In this document: positions 12,601 through 24,600 of the stretch, one piece after another
Layout: the number at the start of each line of letters is the position of its first letter
How positions within the stretch are numbered: the stretch's first letter is position 1
Assembly: GCF_006345805.1 (NCBI RefSeq)
Contig: NC_043008.1
Coordinates: 55,056,001 to 55,120,000, forward strand
Source: Octopus sinensis
Lineage: Eukaryota
Length of the DNA stretch: 64,000 nucleotides
Direction of reading: 5' to 3'
Notes under the pieces: generated by a model
The model's database searches: none
Told to the model about the DNA's origin: nothing
Seen by the model: only the letters and a program-made list of their open reading frames with translations
Position numbers and translations under genes: made by a program

Positions 12601-15600
12601 CTCCCTTTCAAATATTTCACTGAGTCGATCACTTATTGAACTGGGGGTACTCATTGTTCTAGATATCCGACTTCGTTGATCGTATATAGATCTAATAATA
12701 CTCTCTCTTTCTGATAATCGACTTTGTTGGTCAGGTATCGTACTTACAATACGAGCTCTTTCATATACTTCACTCCTCACCTCCATTACTGAACTAGGGA
12801 CACTCGCTGTTTCAGCTATTTGACTGCGTTCATCTGGTATCGAACTGATTGTACTCTCTCTTTCTGATAATCGACTTCGTTCGTCTGATATTGCCCTGGG
12901 ACTAATTTCTCTTTCAGATGCTTCACTTTGCCATTCTGATACTGAACTGGGAATATGCAACCTTGCAAATATCTGACTTCGTTGATCTGCTATCGACCTG
13001 ACAGGAGTTTCTCTTTCTGATAATCGCCTTCGTTGGTCTGGTAAAAACCTTACTATACCCGCTCTTTCAGACACCACACCCGACCCGCTTCTTATTGAAC
13101 TCGGAATACTCTCTGCTGCAGATATCTGACTTTGCAGATCTGATTTAGATCTAAAAGTGCTCTCGCTTTCTGATAACCGACTTCCTTGGTGAATAATTGT
13201 ACTGGGAACAGACTCCCTTTCAGATATTTCACTCCCTCGGTCAGTTCTTGAACTGGGGAGACTTATTTGTTCAGAAGTCTTACTTTCTTCAACTGATGCC
13301 GATCTGATAGTACTCTCTCTTTCTGATAATCGACTTCGTTCGTCTGATATTGTACTCGGAGTACTCTCCCTTTCAGATACTTCACTCCTGCGGTCTGTTA
13401 TTGAACGGGGAATACTCATCGTCCCCGATATCTGACTTCGCCCCTCTGATATCGATCTGATAGTACTCTCCCTTTCAGATAATCGACTTCGTTGATCTGC
13501 TATTGTACTGGGAATACTCTCTCTTTCAGATACTTCACTCCTGCGGTCTGTTACAGAACTGGGAATACTCATTGTTTCCGATATCTGACTTCGTCCATCT
13601 GATATCGATCTGATAGTACTCTCTCTTTCGGATAATCGACTTAGTTGATCAGCTATTGTACTCGGAATACTTTCTCTTTCAGATATTTCACTTCGACGGT
13701 CCGTTATTGAACTGGGAATACTCATCGTCCCCGATATCTGACTTCGCTGATCTGATATCGATCTGATAGTACTCTCTCTTTCGGATAATCGACTTAGTTG
13801 ATCTGCTATTGTACTCGGAATACTTTCTCTTTCAGATACTTCACTCCTGCGGTCTATTATTGAACTGGGAATACTCATCGTCCCCGATATCTGACTTGGC
13901 CTATCTGATATCGATCTGATAGTACTCTCCCTCTCGGATAATCGACTTCGTTGATCTGCAATTGTACTCGGAATACTTTCTCTTTCAGTTACTTCACTCC
14001 TGCGGTCTGTTACTGAACTGGGAATACTCATTGTTCCCGATATCTTACTTCGCTCATCTGATATCGATCTGATAGTACTTTCTCTTTCGGATAATCGACT
14101 TCGTTGATCTGCTATTGTACTTGGATAACTCTCACTTTCAAATATTTCACTCCGTCGGTCTGTTATTGAACTGGGAATACTCATTGTCTTGGATATTTGA
14201 CTTCGTCCATCTGATATCGATCTTATCCTACTCTCTCTTTCTGATAATCGACTTCGTTGATCTGTCATTGTACTGGGAATACTCTCTCTTTCAGATACTT
14301 CACTCCGATGGTACGTTATTGAACTGGGAATACTCATTGTTCCAGATATCTGGCTTCGATCATCTGATATCGATCTGACTGTACTCTCTCTTTCGGATAA
14401 TCGACTGCGTTGATCTGCTACTGTACTTGGATAACTCTCCCTTTCAAATATTTCACTCCGTCGGTCTGTTATTGAACTGGGAATACTCATCGTTCCCGAT
14501 ATCTGACTTCGCCCATCTGATATCGATCTTATCCTACTCTCTCTTTCAGATAATCGACTTCGTTGATCAGTCATTGTACTGGGAATACTCCCTCTTTCAG
14601 ATACTTCACTCCGTCGGTCCGTTATTGAACTGGGAATACTCGTCATGCCCGATATCTGAATTTGCTCATCTGATATCGATCTGACTGTACTCTCTCTTTC
14701 GGATAATCGACTTCGTTGATCTGCAATTGTACTCGGAATACTTTCTCTTTCAGATACTTCACTCCTGCGGTCTGTTATTGAACTGGGAATACTTATCATC
14801 CCCGATATCTGACTTGGTCCATCTGATGTCGGTCTGATAGTACTCTCTCTTTCGGATAATCGACTTCGTTGATCTGCTATAGTACTGGGAATACTTTCTC
14901 TTTCAGATATTTCGGTCCGACGGTCCGTTATTGAGCTGGGAATACTCATCGTTCCCGATATCTGACTTCGCTGATCTGATATCGATCTGATAGTACTCTC
15001 TCTTTCGGATAATCGACTTCGTTGATCTGCTATTGTACTCGGAATACTTTCTCTTTCAGATACTTCACTCCTGCGGTCCGTTATTGAACTTGGAATACTC
15101 ATTGTTCCCGATATCTGACTTCGCTGATCTGATATCGATCTGACAGTACTCTCTCTTTCGGATAATCGACTTCGTTGATCCGTCATTGTACTGGGAATAC
15201 TTTCTCTTTCAGATATTTCGGTGCGACGGTCCGTTATTGAACTGGGAATACTCATTGTTCCCGATATCTGACTTCGTCCATCTGATATCGATCTGATAGT
15301 ACTCTCTCTTTCGGATAATCGACTTCGTTGATCTGCTATAGTGCTGGGAATACTCTCTCTTTCAGTTACTTCACTCTTGCGGTCTGTTACTGAAATGGGA
15401 ATACTCATTGTTCCCGATATCTGACTTCGCTGATCTGATATCGATCTGACAGTACTCTCTCTTTCGGATAATCGACTTCGTTGATCTGCTATAGTACTGG
15501 GAATACTTTCTCTTTCAGATATTTCGGTCCGACGGTCCGTTATTGAGCTGGGAATACTCATTGTTCCAGATATCTGACTTCGTCCATCTGATATCGATCT

Positions 15601-18600
15601 GACAGTACTCTCTCTTTCGGATAATCGACTTCGTTGATCTGCTATAGTACTGGGAATACTTTCTCTTTCAGATATTTCGGTCCGACGGTCGGTTATTGAG
15701 CTGGGAATACTCATTATTCCTGATATCTGACTTCGCTGATCTGATATCGATCTGACAGTACTCTCTCTTTCGGATAATCGACTTCGTTGATCTGCTATAG
15801 TACTGGGAATACTTTCTCTTTCAGATATTTCGGTCCGACGGTCGGTTATTGAGCTGGGAATACTCATTATTCCTGATATCTGACTTCGCTGATCTGATAT
15901 CGATCTGACAGTACTCTCTCTTTCGGGTAATCGACTTCGTTGATCCATAATTGTACTGGGAATACTTTCTCTTTCAGATATTTCGGTCCGACGGTCTGTT
16001 AGTGAACTGGGAATACTCATCGTCCCCGATATCTGACTTCGCTGATCTGATATCGATCTGACAGTACTCTCTCTTTCGGATAATCGACTTAGTTGATCAA
16101 TTATTGTACTGGGAATACTTTCTCTTTCAGATACTTCACTCCTGCGGTCTGTTATTGAACTGGGAATACTCATCGTTCCCGATATCTTAGTTCGCTCGTC
16201 AGATATCGATCTGATAGTACTCTCTCTTTCGGATAATCGACTTCGTTGATCTGCTAATTTACTCTGAATACTTTCTCTTTCAGATTCTTCACTACGACGG
16301 TCTGTTATTGAGCTAGGAATACTCATTGTACCCGATATCTGACTTCGCTGATCTGATATCGATCTAATAGTACTCTCTCTTTCGGATAATCGACTTAGTT
16401 GATCAGCTATTGTACTGGGAATACTCTCTCTTTCAGATATTTGACTTCGCCGATCTGTTATTGAACTGGGGATACTCATCGTTCCTGATATCTGACTTCG
16501 CTCATCTGACATTGATCTGATAGTACTTTCTCTTTCTGATAGTCGACTTCGTTGATCTGCTAATGAGCTTGGAATACTCTCTCTTTCGGATACTTCACTC
16601 CGCCGGTCTGTTATTGAACTGGGAATACTCATTCTTCCAGGTATTTCACTTCGCTGGTCTGGTGTCGATCTGAAAGAACTCTCTCTTTCTGATGATAGAC
16701 TTCTCTGGGTTTCTATTGTACTGGGAATGCTCTCCCTTGTATATACTTCACTCCGACGGTCCATTATTGAGCTTGGTATACTCATTGTATCTGATATCTG
16801 ACTTCGCAGATCTGATATCGATCTGATAGTACTCTCTGTCTCTGATAATCGACTCCGTTCGTCTGGGATTTTACTGGAAATACTCTCTCTTTCAGATACT
16901 TCACTCAGCCGGTCTGTTATTGAACTTGGAATACTCATTATTCCACTTATCTGACTTCGCTGATCGTATATGGACCTTACAATGCTCTCCGTTTCTTGTA
17001 ATCGACTACGCTGTTCTGGTGTCATACTAAAAATTCTATGTCTTTCAGATATTTCACTCCGCCAGTCTGTTGTTGAAATTGGAAAATACGTTTTTTCAGA
17101 TATCTCACTTCGCTGATCGTATGTCGACCTAACCATGCTCTCCCTCTCTGGCAATCGACTTCGTTGGTCTGGCATCCAACTTAAGACACTCTTTCTTTGA
17201 GTTACTTGGCTTGGCCAGTCTCTTATTGAACTGGGAATACTCGTTGTTCCAGAAATCTGACTTCGTTCGTCTGATATCGATCTTATAGTACTCTCTCTTT
17301 CTGATGATCGACGTTGCTCGTCTGATATTGTACTGGGAGTACTCTCTCTTTCGGATACTTCACTTAGTCGCTCCGTTACTGAACTGACGGGGATACTCAT
17401 CGTTCCTGATATCTGACTTCGCTCATCAGATATCGATCTGATAGTGCTCTCTCTTTCGGATAATCGACTTCGCTGATCTGCTATTGTACTGGGAGTACTC
17501 CGTCTTTCAGATACTTCACTTAGTCGCTCCGTTACTGAACTGGGGGGGATACTCATCGTTCCTGATATCTGACTTCGCTCATCATATATCGATCTGAGAG
17601 TACTCTCTCTTTCGGATAATCGACTTCGCTGATCTGCTATTGTACTGGGAGTACTCCGTCTTTCAGATACTTCACTTAGTCGCTCCGTTACTGAACTGGG
17701 GGGGATACTCATCGTTCCTGATATCTGACTTCGCTCATCATATATCGATCTGAGAGTACTCTCTCTTTCTGATAATCGACTTCGCTGATCTGCTATTGTA
17801 CTGGGAGTACTCCGTCTTTCAGAAACTTCACTTAGTTGCTCCGTTACTGAACTGGCGGGGATACTCATCGTTCCTGATATCTGACTTCGCTGATCTGTTA
17901 TCGATCTGATAGTACTCTCTCTTTCGGATAATCGACTTCGCTCATCTACTTTTGTACTGGGAATACTCTCTCTTTCAGATATTTGACTCCGCCGATCTGT
18001 TATTGAACTGGGGATACTCATCGTTCCTGATATCTGACTTCGCTCATCAGATATCGATCTGATAGTGCTCTCTCTTTCGGATAATCGACTTCGCTGATCT
18101 GCTATTGTACTGGGGGTACTCCGTCTTTCAGATACTTCACTTAGTCGCTCCGTTACTGAACTGGGGGGGATACTCATCGTTCCCGATATCTGACTTCGCT
18201 GATCTGTTATCGATCTGATAGTACTCTCTCTTTCTGATAATCGACTTCGTTGATCTGCTATTGTACTGGGAGTACTCCGTCTTTCAGATACTTCACTCCG
18301 ACGGTCCGTGACCGAACTTGGGGGGATTCTCATCGTTCCCGATATCTGACTTCGCTCATCTGATATCGATCTGAGAGTACTCTCTCTTTCGGATAATCGA
18401 CTTCGCTGGTCTGCTATTGTACTGGGAGTACTCCGTCTTTCAGAAACTTCACTTAGTCGCTCTGTTACTGAACTGGCGGGGGTACTCATCGTTCCCGATA
18501 TCTGACTTCGCTCATCTGATATCGATCTGATAGTGCTCTCTCTTTCTGATAATCGACTTCGCTGATCTGCTATTGTACTGGGAGTACTCCGTCTTTCAGA

Positions 18601-21600
18601 CACTTCACTTAGTCGCTCCGTTACTGAACTGGGCGGGATACTCATCGTTCCCGATATCTGACTTCGCTGATCTGATATCGATCTGACAGTACTCTCTCTT
18701 TTTGATGATCGACTTCTTTGATCTGTTTTTGTACTGGGAATACTCTCTCTTCCAGATATTTGACTCCGCCGATCCGTTATTGAACTGGAGATACTCATCT
18801 TTCCCGATATCCGACTTCGCGCATCTGATATCGATCTGACAATACTCTCTCTTTCTGTTAATCGACTTCGCTGATCTGCTATTGTACTGGGAGTACTCCG
18901 TCTTCCAGATACTTCAGTTAGTCGCTCCGTTACTGAACTGGGGGGGATACTCATAGTTCCTGATATCTGACTCCGCTCATCAGATATCGAGCTGATAGTG
19001 TTCTCTCTTTCTGATAATCGACTTCCTTGATCTGCTTTTGTACTGGGAATACTTTCAGATATTTGACTCCATGGTTCCGTTATTATACTGGGAATACTCA
19101 TTGTTCCTGATATCTGACTTTGCTGATCTGGTATCGATTTGACAATACTCTCTCTTTCGTATAATCGACTTCGTTGATCTGCTATAGTACTAGGAATACC
19201 CTCTCTTTCAGACATTTCGGTCCGACGGTCCGTTATTGAACTGGGAATACTCTTTGTTCCCGATATCTGACTTCGCTGATCTGATATCGATTTGATAGTA
19301 CTCTCTCTTTCTGATAGTCGACTTCGTTGCTCTTGTATTGTACTAGGAATACTCTCTCTTTGATATATCTCACTTCGTTGTTCTGTAATACCTTCCTTTT
19401 CTGAAATCTGACTCCGTCGGTCATGTGTTGAACTAACTGTACTTTCACTTCCAGATATTTGACTTCTTTGTGCTATCGCTGAACTTGGTTTGCTCTCCCT
19501 TTGTGACATCTGACTCTTTTGGTCAACCTTTGGGCTTGGTGTTCTCTTTTTTACACTTATTCGACTCCGCCGGTCTGATTTCGTAGTTGTAGTACTGTCA
19601 CTCCTAGAAATTGGACTTCGTTTGTCTGTTATCGAACTAGGAGTACTCTTTCTTCCCAATATCTTTTTCCGTTGTTCACTTACCGAACTAGGAGTACTCT
19701 TTCTGCTAGATACCTGACTCCGCTTGTCACTAATTGAACTAGGCGTACTAGTACCATCTCTCACGGATCTCTGACTCCGCTGGTCAGTTGCTGAGCGAGA
19801 AGCACTCCTTGATGAGCTAGGACTACTCCTTATTTTGTCAGTTATTGTACTAGGAGTACTCTCTTTTCCAGATATTTGACTACGTTTATCCGGCATATAT
19901 CTAGGAGTAGTCTCTCTTGATGATGTCTGACTTCGTTGGTCTACCATTGAACCAGCGATACTTTCTTTTCCTGATATCTTGCTCTGCTGCTCTGTAACAA
20001 CACTGGGTGTACTTTCTCTTCCATATATAAGACTCTCTTTTTCAGTTATTGTACTATGAGTACTCTCTTTTCCAGATATCTTGCTTCGTTGGTCAATTAT
20101 AGATGTAGGTGTTCTCTGTCTTCCGGATATTTGACTCCGTTGGTCAATTATGGAACTCGGAGTACTTTCCCTTCCAGATATCTGACTACTTTGGTCAATT
20201 ATTGATGTAGGCGTTCTCTGTTTTCCAGATATCTGACTCCGCTGATCTGCAACAGAACTGCGAGAACTCTCACTAAGGAAACTATGGCTTAGATGGGATG
20301 GTACTGCACTGTGAATACTTTCCCTTCCTGAAATCTGACTTTGTTTTATTGTTGAACTCGGAACACTTTCGCTTGGTGGTGTTCGACTCAGCTGGTCTGT
20401 TGCAGAGCTAGTATAACTTTCACTCTCATGCATCTGACTTCGCTGATATGGAACCGAACTAATTATACTCTCTCTTTCTGGTGATAAGATTGGTTGCTCT
20501 GATATAGAACTAGGAGTGCTTGCTCTTGGCGATATTTCACTTTGTTCTCCTATTGCTGAACTAGGAATACTCTCTCGCCCAGATATTTGACTTCGCTGGT
20601 CTGCGATTGAACTTCGAATTCTCTCTCGTACAGTAATTTGACTCTGCTGGTCGGCTACTGAACTGAGACTACTCTCTTTTTCTGACAATTGTACTTGTTG
20701 GTCAGCTATTGAACTAGGAGTACTCTCTCTTCCATATATCTGACTCCTCTGGTCAGCTACCGGACTGAGAATACTCTCTTTTTCTGATAACAGACTCTGC
20801 TCAGATGGCTTTGAAATGGCAATACTCTCTCGTCCTGACAACAGGCTTCGTTGATCTAGAACTGAACTGGGAATGCGACTCCGCTGATCTAGCAAACTAA
20901 GAACACTCTCTCTTCGTGATAATGGACTTCGTTGATCTGTTATTGAACTGAGAATGCTATCCTTTTTGTATACTTCACTCAGTCTGTCTGCCACTAGACT
21001 ATGTGCACTTTCTCTTGTGGACAACTTATCTAGATCTTCTGGTATCGAACTGTGTTTACTCTTTTGCCCAGTTAAAGAAATTGACCGTTCTCTCTCTAAA
21101 CCAAGCAATTCTCTCTCAGACATTTGTCTCTCAGTATCTGTGTAATACGGAGTCTGTATATCCAACAGTGATTTACTCTTTCTTTCTTCACTTAGCAGAT
21201 GCCTACTTTCTCTTGATAAGCTTCCTCTTATACTGTCAATCATCTGACCGCGTGTTTCAATGCCATACTTTGCTAATAAATCGTCTAAACTCTTTTTCTT
21301 TTCTCTTAGATCTAACAGATCTGTTACTGGCATGTATGGTTTTGTCTCTATGTCTGATTGTTGATCTCTGTCTCTCATTTCCAGATGTGACCTTTCTTGT
21401 GGGGATATACTGCTATATTGTTCTGTGACCGGAGGAGAAATTTCGGTAACTGTTGACGTTTGATCTGGCTGTTCTTGGAATGAAACAGCGTGAAGCTTTT
21501 CAGCAGATGGAATACTCGTTGTTACCGGTATCTGACTTCGTTCATCTGATATCGATCTGATAGTACCCTCTCTTTCGGATAATCGACTGGGAATACTTTC

Positions 21601-24600
21601 TCTTTCAGATATTTCGGTCCGACGGTCCATTATTGAACTGGGAATACTCATTGTTACCGGTATCTGACTTCGCTCATCTGATATCGATCTGATAGTGCCC
21701 TCTCTTTCTGATAATCGACTTCGTTGATCAGCTATTGTACTGGGAATACTCTCTCTTTCATATACTTCACGCCGCTGGTCCGTTATGGAACGCGGAACAC
21801 TCATTGTTTCAGATATCCGACTTCGCTGTTCTGTTATCGACCCGATAGCACCCTCTCTTTCAACAGATGGTTGACTTACTTGGTCTGTTAACAGGCTATA
21901 CACTTCCGATATATTATGCCGCGTGTCTCTCACTGTATCATACAGCATTGAAGCCTGCCTTTCAGGTGATGGAATATGCAGTTCTTCAAATACACCTCTT
22001 GAATCATATGTTGGTAGAGTTTCTTTGACATCCCCTATGTAAGTTTCACTTGGCCGTTGTTCAAAGGAACTCTCCACTGTATCTTTTCTGGATATTTGAC
22101 TTCGATGATCAACTGAAGAAGATCTCTTTCTCATACTTATTGGTTTTTGATCGTACATTGGTGAAGTCGGTGTTGTTATGTCATCTGGTGGTATAAAACT
22201 AACATCTACTTTTTTCGGTGCAAATATAGGTGTATCAAAAAAGGATACTCGATAGTGTCCCTTTTTCGATTGTTTTCTCTGTTGCGCTGCTATTGAAGTG
22301 GTTACTTTGTCTTTTTCAGATAATTTCCCATCTGAGTGCAGTTTGTACAGAGTATCTTTTACAGGAAATTGAGTCTCTGGCTCTACCATCGATTTGTACT
22401 TTCGTTCTTGTGTGGGTAACACGTCAAGTTGTTGACGTAATGGCGATTTTTCAAACTCGAAACAAGGTGCTGAAGCCGTGGAAGTCGACTGTTGAACTCC
22501 AGTAATGCGCTGCATCGTTTCCTCAGAAATTCTACTCGGCTGTCCCATGAAAATATCTTGAATCTCTTGGGTAGATAGTGGACTCATCTCTTCTTCTAAG
22601 GAGACAACTTGCATATCTTCACTACGCTGTCTACTTCGTAATTGTTCTAAGGAGATATGCTGCGTTTCCTTTCTAGACAATTGACTCGGCTCTTGTTCTA
22701 ACGAAGATGTTTGCTTCTGCTCGAAAATTGGTTCAATTGGCGGTTGTTCTAAGGAAATAACCATAGATATCGGACTTCGTTGTTGTTCTCTGGAGAAATG
22801 CTGAAAGCCATCGGAAGATCGTCGAACGAACTGTTGATCAAATGCAACGTCCGATGGTTCTTTGGTGTATGTGGGAGATGCTGGGGGGTATAACATAGCA
22901 TCTGGGACTCCTTTCAGTGTGGCTGGCTGTTCTTTCTGATCCGGTGAAATGACTGATCTTTGTAGTATATCACTTCTTGTGATTTCACTTGGATGCATCC
23001 TGCTTGAAGTATACGGCCTTTCCGAAGTTAATGGCATTGTAGTCGATGGGTGTCTTGATGAAACATACTCCCTCTCCTGTACGGGAAACGCACTCATAGA
23101 TTTTACTAGAGGCATGCACTCAACTCCTTGAGCGGAAACATCAGAAAAGCTACCTAACTTAGCTGGTGATGCTCTACCTCTCTCTTCACCTAACGGTCCA
23201 ACTGGCACTTCTCTGGATTCTTTACTCGATGACACCCGTGATTTTCCTTTGAATCCAAAACGCCGTTTACCTTCTTTGCTGCTGCACACTTGTTCTTCAA
23301 AATCTGCCTCTGTCCAGGAAACACGTGGTGTGCTCCGTTTTGGTTTTGACAGCTTTTTTTTAAAGATGCTGGTCTTAGACGGCTTTTTCCCAACTTCTCT
23401 ACAGGAAATATCACTCATATATTCACTCATTTCAATTTCAGAGAGAGTTGTTGCGTCTACATTGCCACGCTCAATCCTTCTTTTGTCAGTATCCTCTGGT
23501 GGCTTCTCTTGAGGAACATCGAGAATTAATTCTGATAGTGGAAACTGAATTATACCTTTCATAGATTCACTGGTTGGTTGGCATGGAGGCTCAAACGATG
23601 ATGAACTAGTCTCGTGTCCTATAGAAGTACTATACGTCTGTCGTTTTGTCGATTTAGTCAACGGAAATGTTGATAATCTATCCCTCTTACCTTTCTGACT
23701 TTCTAGACTTTCTGATGACGTAGAATCCTTGTCAGTTCTCATGATATTAGCAAGCATGCTTTTAAATTTAGTCTTTGATCGATAGTCTTCTGAAGATTGT
23801 TTCTGTGATTTTTTCGACGGTTTGCAAATCGAATCTTCCCGACGTTTTGGTCTGCATACTCTTTTCCCATATTCATTTAATATAGCACTCCGTTTTTCTT
23901 CGATATGATCTGGCAATTCGGAGTGATCTGATGATGAATAATGACATGTTGTTTTTCGTAAAGATTCGTGCAAACTACGCTCTTCGTCACCTTCGTGAAT
24001 CAGTTGGATATTTGTTTCTAATTTATTCCACATTATATCTGATTTCTTTTTATTTATATATTTTCGTACTAAAAGCCAATGAATGCCAATAAATGGCAAA
24101 TAAAAGAAAAAAAAGAAATTCATAATCCCCATTTGCTTTTGTGACAGAGCACGCACTCTTCGCTTCGTTTTGGGGTGCATTGGGTAACCGTCTTTATTAT
24201 ATTTTACAGCTTTATATTGAAGATCTTTATCGAAATATTTACACTGATAGTTGCTTTTTATAAAAACACACAGCCCTGCTTCGCCAATAGATACCGGAAA
24301 ACAAAATCCAAAAATGAGTTTTAACATATTAAGTATCATAAGAAAAAGTAAAACTATACCGAAAATAACTAATGTTTCGTCTCGGAAAATAGCCGTGACC
24401 GGAGAATGGATCATTTTAGCTTTTTTCACTTCACACGGATATGGTGGATCACAACTACATTTACAACCAACTAGACATAAACAGAGTTTGTTTCTTTTTA
24501 AAATAAGGTATTTTGACTTAACTGTTTTCTGATCTTCATTCCATAATTCTATTACACACTGCACTGGAAATTGTAATTTGGCAGTATTTCCAGGAATAAT

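Noticed and set aside
4785-14684. Plus-strand ORFs with YSLFQISDFVRLSLNWE repeats
   Set aside because: Antisense shadows of the 51-bp coding array; they are stop-free only because the repeat unit lacks a stop in that frame.
6210-19370. Possible CRISPR-like or non-coding satellite array
   Set aside because: There are no unique spacers, the context is eukaryotic, and all units are multiples of 3 within one open frame.
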